Shown here piece after piece: positions 39,248 through 47,906 of a stretch of 64,000 nucleotides of DNA (its first letter is position 1; the number at the start of each line of letters is the position of its first letter). The notes below the pieces were generated by a model. The model saw only the letters and a program-made list of their open reading frames with translations. It ran no database searches and was not told where the DNA came from. The translations under genes were made by a program, and so were the position numbers. Origin of the DNA: Candidatus Marinamargulisbacteria bacterium SCGC AG-343-D04 (lineage in GTDB: Bacteria > Margulisbacteria > Marinamargulisbacteria > GCA-2716485 > GCA-002719695); assembly GCA_003265885.1 (NCBI GenBank), contig QFBQ01000001.1, positions 4,215-68,214 on the forward strand. The letters run 5' to 3'.

Positions 39248-39520
39248 TTATCGAGAAACTTGGCTAAACAACTTCTTATAAGAATGGCGGCTTAATTCAA
39301 TTCCTTTACGAGGAAAATAGTCCAAATGAGGCTCCACAAGCTCCAGCTCACGCCTTTATTCATCAAACATCCATGTACTTTCAGTTAAAACCATACTTGA
39401 ATAACTCTACCGCAAAAATAAAGGTGTCAAAACTCCTCCACTACCCCATATATAACCCTAACAACACTATACTCCACAAAAAGATCACCCAAAATAACAT
39501 ACTTCAATTTATAAGAATGT
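39248..39520 (-). pseudogene. Decayed remnant of a ClC chloride-channel paralogue (frameshifted, internally deleted); 5' boundary uncertain
   Basis: Reverse-strand translation gives GSGGVLTPLF (39416-39445), HGCLMNKG (39352-39375) and, after a frameshift, ELELVEPHLDY...KKLFSQVSR-stop (39248-39352). These blocks parallel the intact ClC at 40890..42251. Confidence 0.7.
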
Positions 39521-39669
39521 AGAAAAATAACACCAATTGAATATGAAAATTTAGAGCATACCTGCATCAAGAACCACTTTTTCGTCGCCCGAACCTGATT
39601 ACAAAAAACAAAAAATTCTATTTTTTTTGCTCCGAAACCTTTGGTTCTTATATTATAAGAAATTTATAT

Positions 39670-40770
39670 TTGTGCTACTCTTTAAAAGTGCTTCCAGAAA
39701 AAATAATACGACCTACTGTTGTTGTCGATTTAAAAAAAGTGAAAGAAAATATACTTTCTATCATTAACAAAGCAACTCATTCTAATACCTCCGTTAGACT
39801 TCATTGTAAGACACATCAATCCAAAGAAATTTCGAATTTGATCATGAACATAGGAATTACAAAAATAACGGTTTCTTCTGTTGAAATGGCAGAACAGTTT
39901 GCTGAGTATGGATGGAAAGATATTTGCATTGCATTTCCTGTTAATATCTTAGAAATTGATGCAATTAATGCTTTGGCAAGTCGGGTTAAACTTTATTTAA
40001 TTGTAGATCACTCTGATGTTGTAACGTTTTTGGATCAGAATTTAAGTCACGATATTCAAGTGTGGATTGATATTGATGCAGGATATGGACGCACAGGCGT
40101 ATTGGTTAGTGATAATAGAGAGATTGTCCATCTCGCTAAGCAAATAGATCATTCTGAAAAAATGAATTTAGCTGGCATTTTGACACACTCTGGAGAAACG
40201 TATGCTTGCCGAGGTAAAGAAGATATTTTGAAGTTGCATCAAGGTGTATTTGAGACGTTGAAATCTGTTCAATCGATATTAAAAAACGAAGGGTTGGCAT
40301 ATCAATTATCAGTTGGAGATACCCCTATAGCAAGTACTTTAACTCATTTTGAGGGGATTGATGAAATTAGGCCAGGAAACCTTGCTCTTTACGATATGAC
40401 ACAGTCTTTTATCGGATCTTGTCATCATAGCCAGATTGCAATTTCGCTTGCATGCCCGATTGTTTCTAAGTACCGGAAACGCTTGGAGCTTCTTGTTCAT
40501 GCTGGTGGAGTTCATTTTTCAAAAGACGCCATTGAAACAGAAACAGGAAAGCTATACGGAAGATGCATGGCGCTTAGTGATGGACGTTGGATTACTCCTC
40601 ACATGGATGTTATTAGACTATGCCAAGAACATGGTATTGTTTCTGTTCAACCAGAGCAATTTGATCGCTTTAACATTGGAGACACTTTATACATTCACCC
40701 AGTCCACGCATGTATGGTAATGAATTTATTTAAAAGTGTTTCTCAGGATAGAGTTGTTTATTTGTCTTAG
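39670..40770 (+). CDS. D-threonine aldolase / D-serine dehydratase-family PLP enzyme (alanine racemase N-terminal fold)
   Basis: The N-terminus PTVVVDLKKVKENI and the PLP-lysine context LHCKTHQSKE are typical of the D-TA/DSD1 family. The listed start is TTG. Confidence 0.6.
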   Translation: MCYSLKVLPEKIIRPTVVVDLKKVKENILSIINKATHSNTSVRLHCKTHQSKEISNLIMNIGITKITVSSVEMAEQFAEYGWKDICIAFPVNILEIDAINALASRVKLYLIVDHSDVVTFLDQNLSHDIQVWIDIDAGYGRTGVLVSDNREIVHLAKQIDHSEKMNLAGILTHSGETYACRGKEDILKLHQGVFETLKSVQSILKNEGLAYQLSVGDTPIASTLTHFEGIDEIRPGNLALYDMTQSFIGSCHHSQIAISLACPIVSKYRKRLELLVHAGGVHFSKDAIETETGKLYGRCMALSDGRWITPHMDVIRLCQEHGIVSVQPEQFDRFNIGDTLYIHPVHACMVMNLFKSVSQDRVVYLS

Positions 40771-40889
40771 ATGTGGATACATTAGATACAGCAGTTTTCT
40801 ATTGTTTTTAAATATTTAGTAGGAAAGGAATCATAGAAAATATAGTTTTAGAAAGAACTAAAGATAAAGATCTCTAAATTTCAAAAACT

Positions 40890-42251
40890 TTAGCGAGAAA
40901 CCTTGCCAAGTAACTTCTTTGCAAAGTGCCGTCCAGAAACAATCACTTTCCGAGAATGATAGTCTAAATGAGGTTCTGCAAACTCCACTTCATCTCCTTT
41001 ATTCATCAAGCACCCATGAGCCTTTGGTGACGATAATACTTGGGAAGGAAACACACTTCTATACCCTGTCATAAAAAAGCTAATAACACAGGCAATAGTA
41101 GCATATGGTGCAATGACTGACCCAAACAACTCCACTGCCAAAACACAGGCAGCCAATGGCGTATTCGCAGCTCCTGCAAGTAAACTTACCAAACCAAATG
41201 CTGCAAAAATAGTACTATCCTGATGAAATACCCCTGCAAAAAAAGCTCCTGATGTCGCACCAATAAAAAACAGAGGTGTCAAAACACCTCCACTTCCACC
41301 AAATCCTAAAGTTACAGAAGTGATAAAAATTTTAATAATAAAGGCATACCAAATAATAGATTGTCCCGACAACACATTATCTATCACATGAGTACCTAAG
41401 CCTAGATAATCAGTAGAGAACAACACTGCCACAATCACCACAACTACGCCGCCAACAAAACCTTTTAATACTGACGAGAATTTCAAACTATTAGAAAATC
41501 TTTCAAAATAACGCAACGACTCTACAAATAAAACACTCACTAAACCAAAGAAAAGACCCGAAATCACCGTCAACAATAAAAAATTCAAATTAAAACTATC
41601 TAAAAAAGACAAAGGCATATAATGATATGTAACGCCTAGCAATGAAGATACCTGAAAACTAACCATTCCTGAAATAAAAGAAGGAAGCAATACACTATAA
41701 AGCAAGTTCCCCATATAAAGAACTTCAACTCCAAAAATTGCTCCTGAAATAGGCGTCCCAAAAACAGAAGAAAACCCAGCACTAATACCACAAATTACAA
41801 GCTTTTTTCTATCTTCTGGAGAAAAACGACATAATTTTGCAAAACTAGAGGCCAGCCCGGCTCCAATCTGAGCACAAGGCCCCTCCTTACCTACAGATCC
41901 TCCAAAAGCAAGCGTTAAGATTGTCGTTATCAGTTTTACTGGAATAACTCTAAAACGGATATCCCCCTGATGACGATGAACTGCCTTAATAACTTTCTCT
42001 GTTCCATGCCCTTTAGCATCTGGAGATAAGACATTCGTTATATACACACAAAAAGCCATCACTACAGGCAAGGCTAAAAAATATAATGGAAATTGACCTA
42101 CTGAAGTTGAAGAAAAGTCTAAAATTCTAAGAAAAAAAGCAACAAAACCCCCTACAACAGCGCCTATAACTGCAGACAAAATAATCCATTTAAAAATACT
42201 TAGAAAAATTATAGACTCTTCAGTTACCGCCGCTAATGTCTTTCTATTCAT
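40890..42251 (-). CDS. ClC-family voltage-gated chloride channel/antiporter
   Basis: GKEGP motif (GGSVGKEGPCAQIG), GFGGSGGVLTP motif, about 10-12 TM helices, and an AGAGGGGA SD upstream. Confidence 0.85.
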   Translation of the reverse strand: MNRKTLAAVTEESIIFLSIFKWIILSAVIGAVVGGFVAFFLRILDFSSTSVGQFPLYFLALPVVMAFCVYITNVLSPDAKGHGTEKVIKAVHRHQGDIRFRVIPVKLITTILTLAFGGSVGKEGPCAQIGAGLASSFAKLCRFSPEDRKKLVICGISAGFSSVFGTPISGAIFGVEVLYMGNLLYSVLLPSFISGMVSFQVSSLLGVTYHYMPLSFLDSFNLNFLLLTVISGLFFGLVSVLFVESLRYFERFSNSLKFSSVLKGFVGGVVVVIVAVLFSTDYLGLGTHVIDNVLSGQSIIWYAFIIKIFITSVTLGFGGSGGVLTPLFFIGATSGAFFAGVFHQDSTIFAAFGLVSLLAGAANTPLAACVLAVELFGSVIAPYATIACVISFFMTGYRSVFPSQVLSSPKAHGCLMNKGDEVEFAEPHLDYHSRKVIVSGRHFAKKLLGKVSR

Positions 42252-42417
42252 TTATTATTAGTCCCCTCTTGACTGATATTTAAAAGCTATGACTAAATTA
42301 AAGCTCTTTTAATAGTTATCGTTCAAAAATAACATAAAGTTGCATACTATTTTTCAAACAACTTAAACCAAGCTCAAATAAAAAAAGAAATTTACAAATT
42401 CCACAAAAATAGATCCA

Positions 42418-42446
42418 TTGGAGATACTACGTTAATTTTCTATAAT
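42418..42446 (+). promoter_or_regulatory. Candidate sigma70-type promoter abutting the mnmD start
   Basis: TTGGAG, 17 nt, TATAAT, then 6 nt to the ATG at 42453. Confidence 0.3.
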
Positions 42447-42452
42447 AGAACC

Positions 42453-43100
42453 ATGAATTCCCTAATAAAAACCAACGATGGATCCTACTCAATCTTAAAC
42501 AACTCTATAGATGAATCCTATCATTCTAAACATGGAGCTATCGCAGAGTCACTATATGTCTTTATTCAGCAAGGATTTCTTCAAAAACACCTTCTACATA
42601 AACTATCGATACTCGAAATCGGTTTTGGGACAGGTCTTAACGCCCTATTAACAATCAAAAACAGTACCAAGGAGCAATCTATCTACTACGAATCTCTGGA
42701 AAAACATCCTTTAACAGAAGAGCTTTATTACTCGTATTGCAAAACTCTAAACTCTGAAAATCAACCGATATGTCAACTTTTACATGAATACAGTTGGGAA
42801 AAAAGTCACCATATCACACCACAGTTTTCCTTCAGAAAAACACGATGTAACTTACAAACTTTTACCCCTACCAACAAATTTGACATTATATATTTCGATG
42901 CCTTTAGTCCCAGAAAGCAACCAGAACTTTGGACAAAAGACATTTTTTCAAAGCTTTATTCATGTTTAAACCAACAAGGACTGTTGGTAACATATTGTGC
43001 AAAAGGACAGGTAAAAAGAGATTTAAAAGAACTTGGGTTTCATGTTGAAACATTACCCGGTCCTCCAAATAAAAAAGAAATGATTCGAGCAATAAAATGA
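42453..43100 (+). CDS. mnmD: tRNA (mnm5s2U34)-methyltransferase, stand-alone MnmC methyltransferase domain (MnmD)
   Basis: ILEIGFGTGLN SAM motif and the YFDAFSP signature of the MnmC/DUF752 domain. Confidence 0.7.
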   Translation: MNSLIKTNDGSYSILNNSIDESYHSKHGAIAESLYVFIQQGFLQKHLLHKLSILEIGFGTGLNALLTIKNSTKEQSIYYESLEKHPLTEELYYSYCKTLNSENQPICQLLHEYSWEKSHHITPQFSFRKTRCNLQTFTPTNKFDIIYFDAFSPRKQPELWTKDIFSKLYSCLNQQGLLVTYCAKGQVKRDLKELGFHVETLPGPPNKKEMIRAIK

Positions 43101-43444
43101 CAGTCCCTACAGACAAAAAACAACAAGAACTAAAGAAGCTTATGACCAAATTGAATATTTTAGAAAAAGATCTAAAGATTCAAAGTATTTCTGGTTCAGG
43201 AAAAGGAGGTCAAAAAGTAAATAAAAGTAATCACTGCATTTACATCTGTCACATTCCCAGTAATACTGAAGTAAAGTGTCAAAAAACACGCTCTAAAGAA
43301 AGCAATCTCTTTTTTGCGAAACGACAACTATGTGAAAAAATAAAAGCCCTACAAGGCATTCAAACGCTTAAAGAACAACAGATAGAAAAAATAAGAAAAC
43401 AAAAACAAAAACGAAAAAAGAGAACAAAAAACAAAGAATCATGA
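43097..43444 (+). CDS. ArfB-like small class-I release-factor-domain protein (GGQ peptidyl-tRNA hydrolase)
   Basis: GSGKGGQKVNK GGQ motif and a very basic C-terminal tail (KQKQKRKKRTKNK). ATGA overlaps on both sides. Confidence 0.6.
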   Translation: MTVPTDKKQQELKKLMTKLNILEKDLKIQSISGSGKGGQKVNKSNHCIYICHIPSNTEVKCQKTRSKESNLFFAKRQLCEKIKALQGIQTLKEQQIEKIRKQKQKRKKRTKNKES

Positions 43445-44268
43445 GTCAAATACACTGGTTTCCAGGCCATATGGCCAAAACAATCAAAACTCTTAAAAGC
43501 ATGACATCTCGTGTAGATATCATCATTGAATGCTGTGATGCTAGAATTCCAAAGTCCAGCAGAAACCCTATTATCAACACACTCGTCACAGAAAAACATG
43601 TACATATCATAGTACTAAGCAAAATAGACCTTGCAGACCCAGACTCAACCAAAAAGTGGGTTCAGAGTTTAGAAACTGAGTGTGACGCCGTCATTGAATG
43701 TAATATTTTAAAAAACAGTGGCATCAAAGAAATTTTAAAGCGATGCAAGTCCATTTCTCAAAAAAAACGCCAAAAAAAACGATTTCATATCAGCAGAGTT
43801 ATGATTTGCGGGATTCCCAATGTTGGGAAATCAGCACTCATAAACAAAATGGCTAAAAAAAAGGCCGCCGCAGTTCAAAACAAACCTGGTGTCACCAAAC
43901 AAACAAAAGGTGTCATGCTCGATCATTTTCTGGAACTCATCGATTCCCCTGGAATTTTATGGCCAAAAGTAGATACTGAAGAAACCAGTATAAAATTAGC
44001 TTTAACCAAAGCAATCAAAGAAACACTGTATAACGATTTCAAACTTTGCGAATGGTTACTTACGTTTTTACTAGAAAAATACCCTCTCTCTATCTCAAAG
44101 CGTTATAAAATAGATTCCCTACCCTCAACAGTCTCCGAGCTTATGGATATAATTGCTCAAAATATGGGATGGCTTACAAAAAATAAGGAAATTCATGAAG
44201 AAAAAACATCCAGAAGGATCATTGAAGATTTTCAAAAACAACGATTAGGACCTATTTCTCTGGAATAA
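43441..44268 (+). CDS. rbgA: Ribosome biogenesis GTPase A (YlqF/RbgA, circularly permuted GTPase)
   Basis: N-terminus HWFPGHMAKT. Permuted G-motif order (LSKIDL ... GIPNVGKS ... DSPG). Confidence 0.85.
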   Translation: MSQIHWFPGHMAKTIKTLKSMTSRVDIIIECCDARIPKSSRNPIINTLVTEKHVHIIVLSKIDLADPDSTKKWVQSLETECDAVIECNILKNSGIKEILKRCKSISQKKRQKKRFHISRVMICGIPNVGKSALINKMAKKKAAAVQNKPGVTKQTKGVMLDHFLELIDSPGILWPKVDTEETSIKLALTKAIKETLYNDFKLCEWLLTFLLEKYPLSISKRYKIDSLPSTVSELMDIIAQNMGWLTKNKEIHEEKTSRRIIEDFQKQRLGPISLE

Positions 44269-44437
44269 TCATAAATAAACAGATTTAACAAAATCTCTTC
44301 TTAAAAACCCTAAGGAATTTGATAGCACCTATGTATTAGTTAAGAAGAATCCTTCTCCATAATTAAAATCATAATAAAAAACCTCTTTCACTCATTATCC
44401 CAGTTTAAGAACTCCTAATATTAGGTATATATCTATT

Positions 44438-45766
44438 ATGAAAAAAGTCTATACACTTCTCGCCGCACTTCTTTTATTTAGCATCACCTGCCTTGCACAA
44501 AATACTATATACACACTGAGCATTAAAGGCCCTATAGGGCCTGCATATGCCGATTATTTCAACAGAGGACTCCAGACAGCCATCCAGAATGATGCTCAAG
44601 CTTTACTCCTTCAACTAGACACTCCTGGAGGATTAGATAGCTCTATGAGGTACATTATACAAAACATATTATCCTCCCCCATCCCTGTTATCACCTATAT
44701 TTCACCTTCAGGCGCACGAGGAGCCAGTGCGGGTACGTATATCATGTATGCCAGCCATATTGCAGCAATGGCCCCCGGAACTAATCTGGGAGCAGCTACT
44801 CCCGTTAGCCTTGCTGACCCACAAAAAGATTACGAATCACCAGAGAACGATACACTCAAAAAATCATTAACCAAAATGGAAAAAAAAGTCATCAACGATG
44901 CTGTTGCCTATATCAAAAGTTTAGCTGAATTACGAAATAGAAATAGTGAATGGGCAGAAAAAGCAGTGATTGATGCAGAAAGTTTAAGTGCAAAAGAGGC
45001 TCTAGAAAAAAATGTAATTGATATCATTGCCCCCACAATTCCAGAATTACTCCAACAGTTAGAAGACAAAGAAATTACTATAAAACAAACAATATTTTCA
45101 TTTTCCACCCCTGCAACACTCATTGACATCCCAATGGACATCAAAACAAAAATTCTAAGTATTATCACCAGCCCCAACATTGCCTATATGTTATTGATTG
45201 CAGGTATATATTGTATTATTTTTGAATTTTCAAACCCAGGTTTAGTCATCCCAGGCGTACTCGGCACACTTTCCTTAGTATTAGCGCTCTATGGACTGAA
45301 TCTTTTGCCAATATCTTTTATTGGCCTTACACTTATTTTAGTGGGAATAGCCTGTCTAATTGCAGAAGCGTTTATTCCCAGCTTTGGCATACTGGGAATC
45401 AGTGGAACTGGGTTATTTTTATTTGGGTCCTTCATGCTCATTGAACCCAACTCTCTGGGTTTAGGGATTAGCACCTCATTGATTATAACCAGCACAGTCA
45501 TAAATCTCTTATTTTTCGGATTGATAGTAACCATCATTGTCAAAATTCATAAAAAACCCAGCATCATCGGATTAAAATCTTTAGTAGGAATAACCGGATT
45601 AAGCCTAGAAGCATTTAAAAAAGAAGGGCAAATCAGAATTAATGGAGAGATATGGAATGCAAGATCCAAAATTCCTATTAAGAAAAATACAAAAGTTGTA
45701 GTAAGATCAATAATAGATCGAACACTTATAATTGAACCCATAAAGGAGGAAAAAAATCATGTTTAG
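44438..45766 (+). CDS. NfeD-family membrane-bound ClpP-class serine protease
   Basis: Signal peptide, ClpP-like domain ([17 protein letters not shown]), multi-TM middle region and a C-terminal OB-like NfeD domain. It overlaps the downstream SPFH gene by 8 nt. Confidence 0.8.
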   Translation: MKKVYTLLAALLLFSITCLAQNTIYTLSIKGPIGPAYADYFNRGLQTAIQNDAQALLLQLDTPGGLDSSMRYIIQNILSSPIPVITYISPSGARGASAGTYIMYASHIAAMAPGTNLGAATPVSLADPQKDYESPENDTLKKSLTKMEKKVINDAVAYIKSLAELRNRNSEWAEKAVIDAESLSAKEALEKNVIDIIAPTIPELLQQLEDKEITIKQTIFSFSTPATLIDIPMDIKTKILSIITSPNIAYMLLIAGIYCIIFEFSNPGLVIPGVLGTLSLVLALYGLNLLPISFIGLTLILVGIACLIAEAFIPSFGILGISGTGLFLFGSFMLIEPNSLGLGISTSLIITSTVINLLFFGLIVTIIVKIHKKPSIIGLKSLVGITGLSLEAFKKEGQIRINGEIWNARSKIPIKKNTKVVVRSIIDRTLIIEPIKEEKNHV

Positions 45767-46529
45767 TTCAATGACCCTTATCGCTTTTATTGCGCTCTTT
45801 TTATTATCGTCTATTAAAATTTTAAAGGAATATGAACGAGCCGTCTTATTTACTCTAGGACGATACACCAAAGTATCGGGGCCTGGACTTATTATTGTCA
45901 TCCCTATCATTCAAACCATTACACGTGTAGATATGAGAGTCATTGTCATGGACATTCCTCCTCAAGACGTTATTTCGAAAGATAATATCTCTGTAAAAGT
46001 AAATGCAGTTTTATACTTCAAAGTAATCCAAGCAGAAAAAGCCATTATCAATGTTGAAGAGTTCTTTTCTGCAACCAGCCAACTCTCTCAAACTACATTA
46101 CGCTCTGTTCTTGGACAGCATGAACTAGATGAAATGCTTTCTGAAAGAGACAAGCTCAATAGCCATATCCAAAGAATCATAGACGAAGCAACAGACGCAT
46201 GGGGAATAAAAGTGACTAACGTCGAACTCAAAGATATTGATCTTAATGAAAGTATGGTTCGTGTCATAGCGAAACAAGCAGAAGCAGAACGTAATAGACG
46301 AGCCAAAGTGATTCACGCAGAGGGTGAATTACAAGCCTCTAAAAAATTATTAGATGCAGCAAATATACTCGCCAAAGAACCGCAGGCCTTACAACTACGT
46401 TATCTCCAGACATTAAACAGTATTGCAGACGAAAAAAACTCAACTATTATATTTCCTCTTCCAATAGATCTCATCACTCCTTTTCAAGAAGTCATGAAAA
46501 AATATCTAGATAAAAAAGATGAAAAATAA
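45759..46529 (+). CDS. SPFH/band-7 (stomatin-like, slipin) protein
   Basis: N-terminal anchor, then [13 protein letters not shown] and the [17 protein letters not shown] coiled segment typical of prokaryotic stomatins. This is the classical NfeD partner. Confidence 0.85.
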   Translation: MFSSMTLIAFIALFLLSSIKILKEYERAVLFTLGRYTKVSGPGLIIVIPIIQTITRVDMRVIVMDIPPQDVISKDNISVKVNAVLYFKVIQAEKAIINVEEFFSATSQLSQTTLRSVLGQHELDEMLSERDKLNSHIQRIIDEATDAWGIKVTNVELKDIDLNESMVRVIAKQAEAERNRRAKVIHAEGELQASKKLLDAANILAKEPQALQLRYLQTLNSIADEKNSTIIFPLPIDLITPFQEVMKKYLDKKDEK

Positions 46530-46549
46530 ATAGTTAAAAAAACATATAT

Positions 46550-46577
46550 TTGACAATTTTTTTTTCAGACATATAAT
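46550..46577 (+). promoter_or_regulatory. Near-consensus sigma70-type promoter abutting the start of CDS 46587
   Basis: TTGACA, 16 nt, TATAAT, then 9 nt to the ATG at 46587, with no SD. Confidence 0.4.
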
Positions 46578-46586
46578 TAATAGTAT

Positions 46587-47906
46587 ATGAGTTTCTTCAG
46601 TACTCCCCCCCTCACTCCCCGCATTACTCCATTTTCTAGCCCCGCCTTTACACCACCTCCAAGCCCAGAAGAGTCACATACTCCAAAAAAGCCTCCTGCT
46701 AATCATCCCCCCCATCACATTCCTGTAAAAGAAGGCTTTAAAACACCAGATAAAACACTGAAATGGGTATTACATATTCAGAATATCCGATTTCATTCAT
46801 TTACAGACCTTGAAAGAAATGAAGACATTGTAAAAGAATGGGTATTTGATAAAAACCCGATTTCAGCTCATAACCTAGAAGAAAAGCTCTTTGTAATAGG
46901 CTTAAAATTTGATTTATGTACTGCTGATTTTAAGAGTTTAGCTATGGCAGCTAATAAACAAAAATCCCTATTACTATTAGACTATAAAAAACTATACAAC
47001 AGTAGAATGAGATTTGGCATTCAAGGTATTAGATTAAGAGATATGGGTAAACATAAAGAAATTCTGGAAACATGGATACATGATAAAGACCCAATTTCAC
47101 CTGAAACCCTCCAGGAAAATCTTAGAATAGTAGGAATCGATATAAATTTAGATTTTGTTGATCTAGAAACATTATCACAAGACGCTAATAAACAAAAATC
47201 ACTATTACAATCAGAATTTGAACAGGCTTCATCTACACTGGCTTTAGATGAGATTGATACCCTTCTATACTATTTAAGCATCAAAACATATAAAGATACA
47301 GAAGAAAACAACTTAGAAAAAAAATTAAAAAGACACTTACTCTTATATTCTCAAAGAACATCTGTCGAAGCCTATCAAGGATATCGAGAAGAGAATAAAA
47401 CAGTCAGTGACAGTCTAGGAGGAATACAATTCTTTACAGTCAGAGAAGACCTCGAAATGATAGAACAAAAATTAGACCATTTAGATGAAGAGTTGAATAG
47501 ATCTTTAGGGCAAGAAAAATTTCTAGCTGTAGAAATTTTATCACGAAATTTCTCCATACAAAGTCATCTATTTCATAAGAAATTATTATCCCTAAAAGAA
47601 AAACTTAAAAGAGAAAAAAGTTCATTCTTTAAAACAATCAAAAAAAAGATATCTCACTTACCCAATAATAAAGGAATGTTTTTTAAAATGCGTTGTAGAG
47701 ACTATCTTAGAACACATTGTAACCATTTCAAACAAAACTCCATTTGCAAAACTCGTCTAGATTTTGATTTGTTAGAAAGGGATATAATACGTACCATTAA
47801 ATCATTAGAAGAAAAAGGTAAAAAAATAGCCGATTACGTATCCCCAGTACATCCAGAAGCCACTCACTACAGTATAGAGGATTTTATATTATTGCAACTA
47901 GATTAA
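46587..47906 (+). CDS. Hypothetical protein: proline-rich N-terminus plus two tandem ~80-aa repeats
   Basis: N-terminus TPPLTPRITPFSSPAFTPPPSPEE. The repeat units share W(V/I)xDK(N/D)PIS...L(E/Q)E(K/N)L...(I/V)G(L/I)...ANKQKSLL. No family was recognised. Confidence 0.5.
   Translation: MSFFSTPPLTPRITPFSSPAFTPPPSPEESHTPKKPPANHPPHHIPVKEGFKTPDKTLKWVLHIQNIRFHSFTDLERNEDIVKEWVFDKNPISAHNLEEKLFVIGLKFDLCTADFKSLAMAANKQKSLLLLDYKKLYNSRMRFGIQGIRLRDMGKHKEILETWIHDKDPISPETLQENLRIVGIDINLDFVDLETLSQDANKQKSLLQSEFEQASSTLALDEIDTLLYYLSIKTYKDTEENNLEKKLKRHLLLYSQRTSVEAYQGYREENKTVSDSLGGIQFFTVREDLEMIEQKLDHLDEELNRSLGQEKFLAVEILSRNFSIQSHLFHKKLLSLKEKLKREKSSFFKTIKKKISHLPNNKGMFFKMRCRDYLRTHCNHFKQNSICKTRLDFDLLERDIIRTIKSLEEKGKKIADYVSPVHPEATHYSIEDFILLQLD

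Noticed and set aside
39062-39295. 77-aa plus-strand ORF across the GST start and the following gap.
   Set aside because: It is antisense to the GST gene 5' end and to the ClC remnant. It has no motif, and the region is better explained by the pseudogene on the other strand.
42252-42452. Search for a fluoride (crcB-motif) riboswitch upstream of the ClC gene.
   Set aside because: Reading the minus strand, I see no GGNGAUG...CUGAUGA-type conserved elements. There is only an AT-rich leader and an SD, and no evidence that this ClC is a fluoride-specific type.
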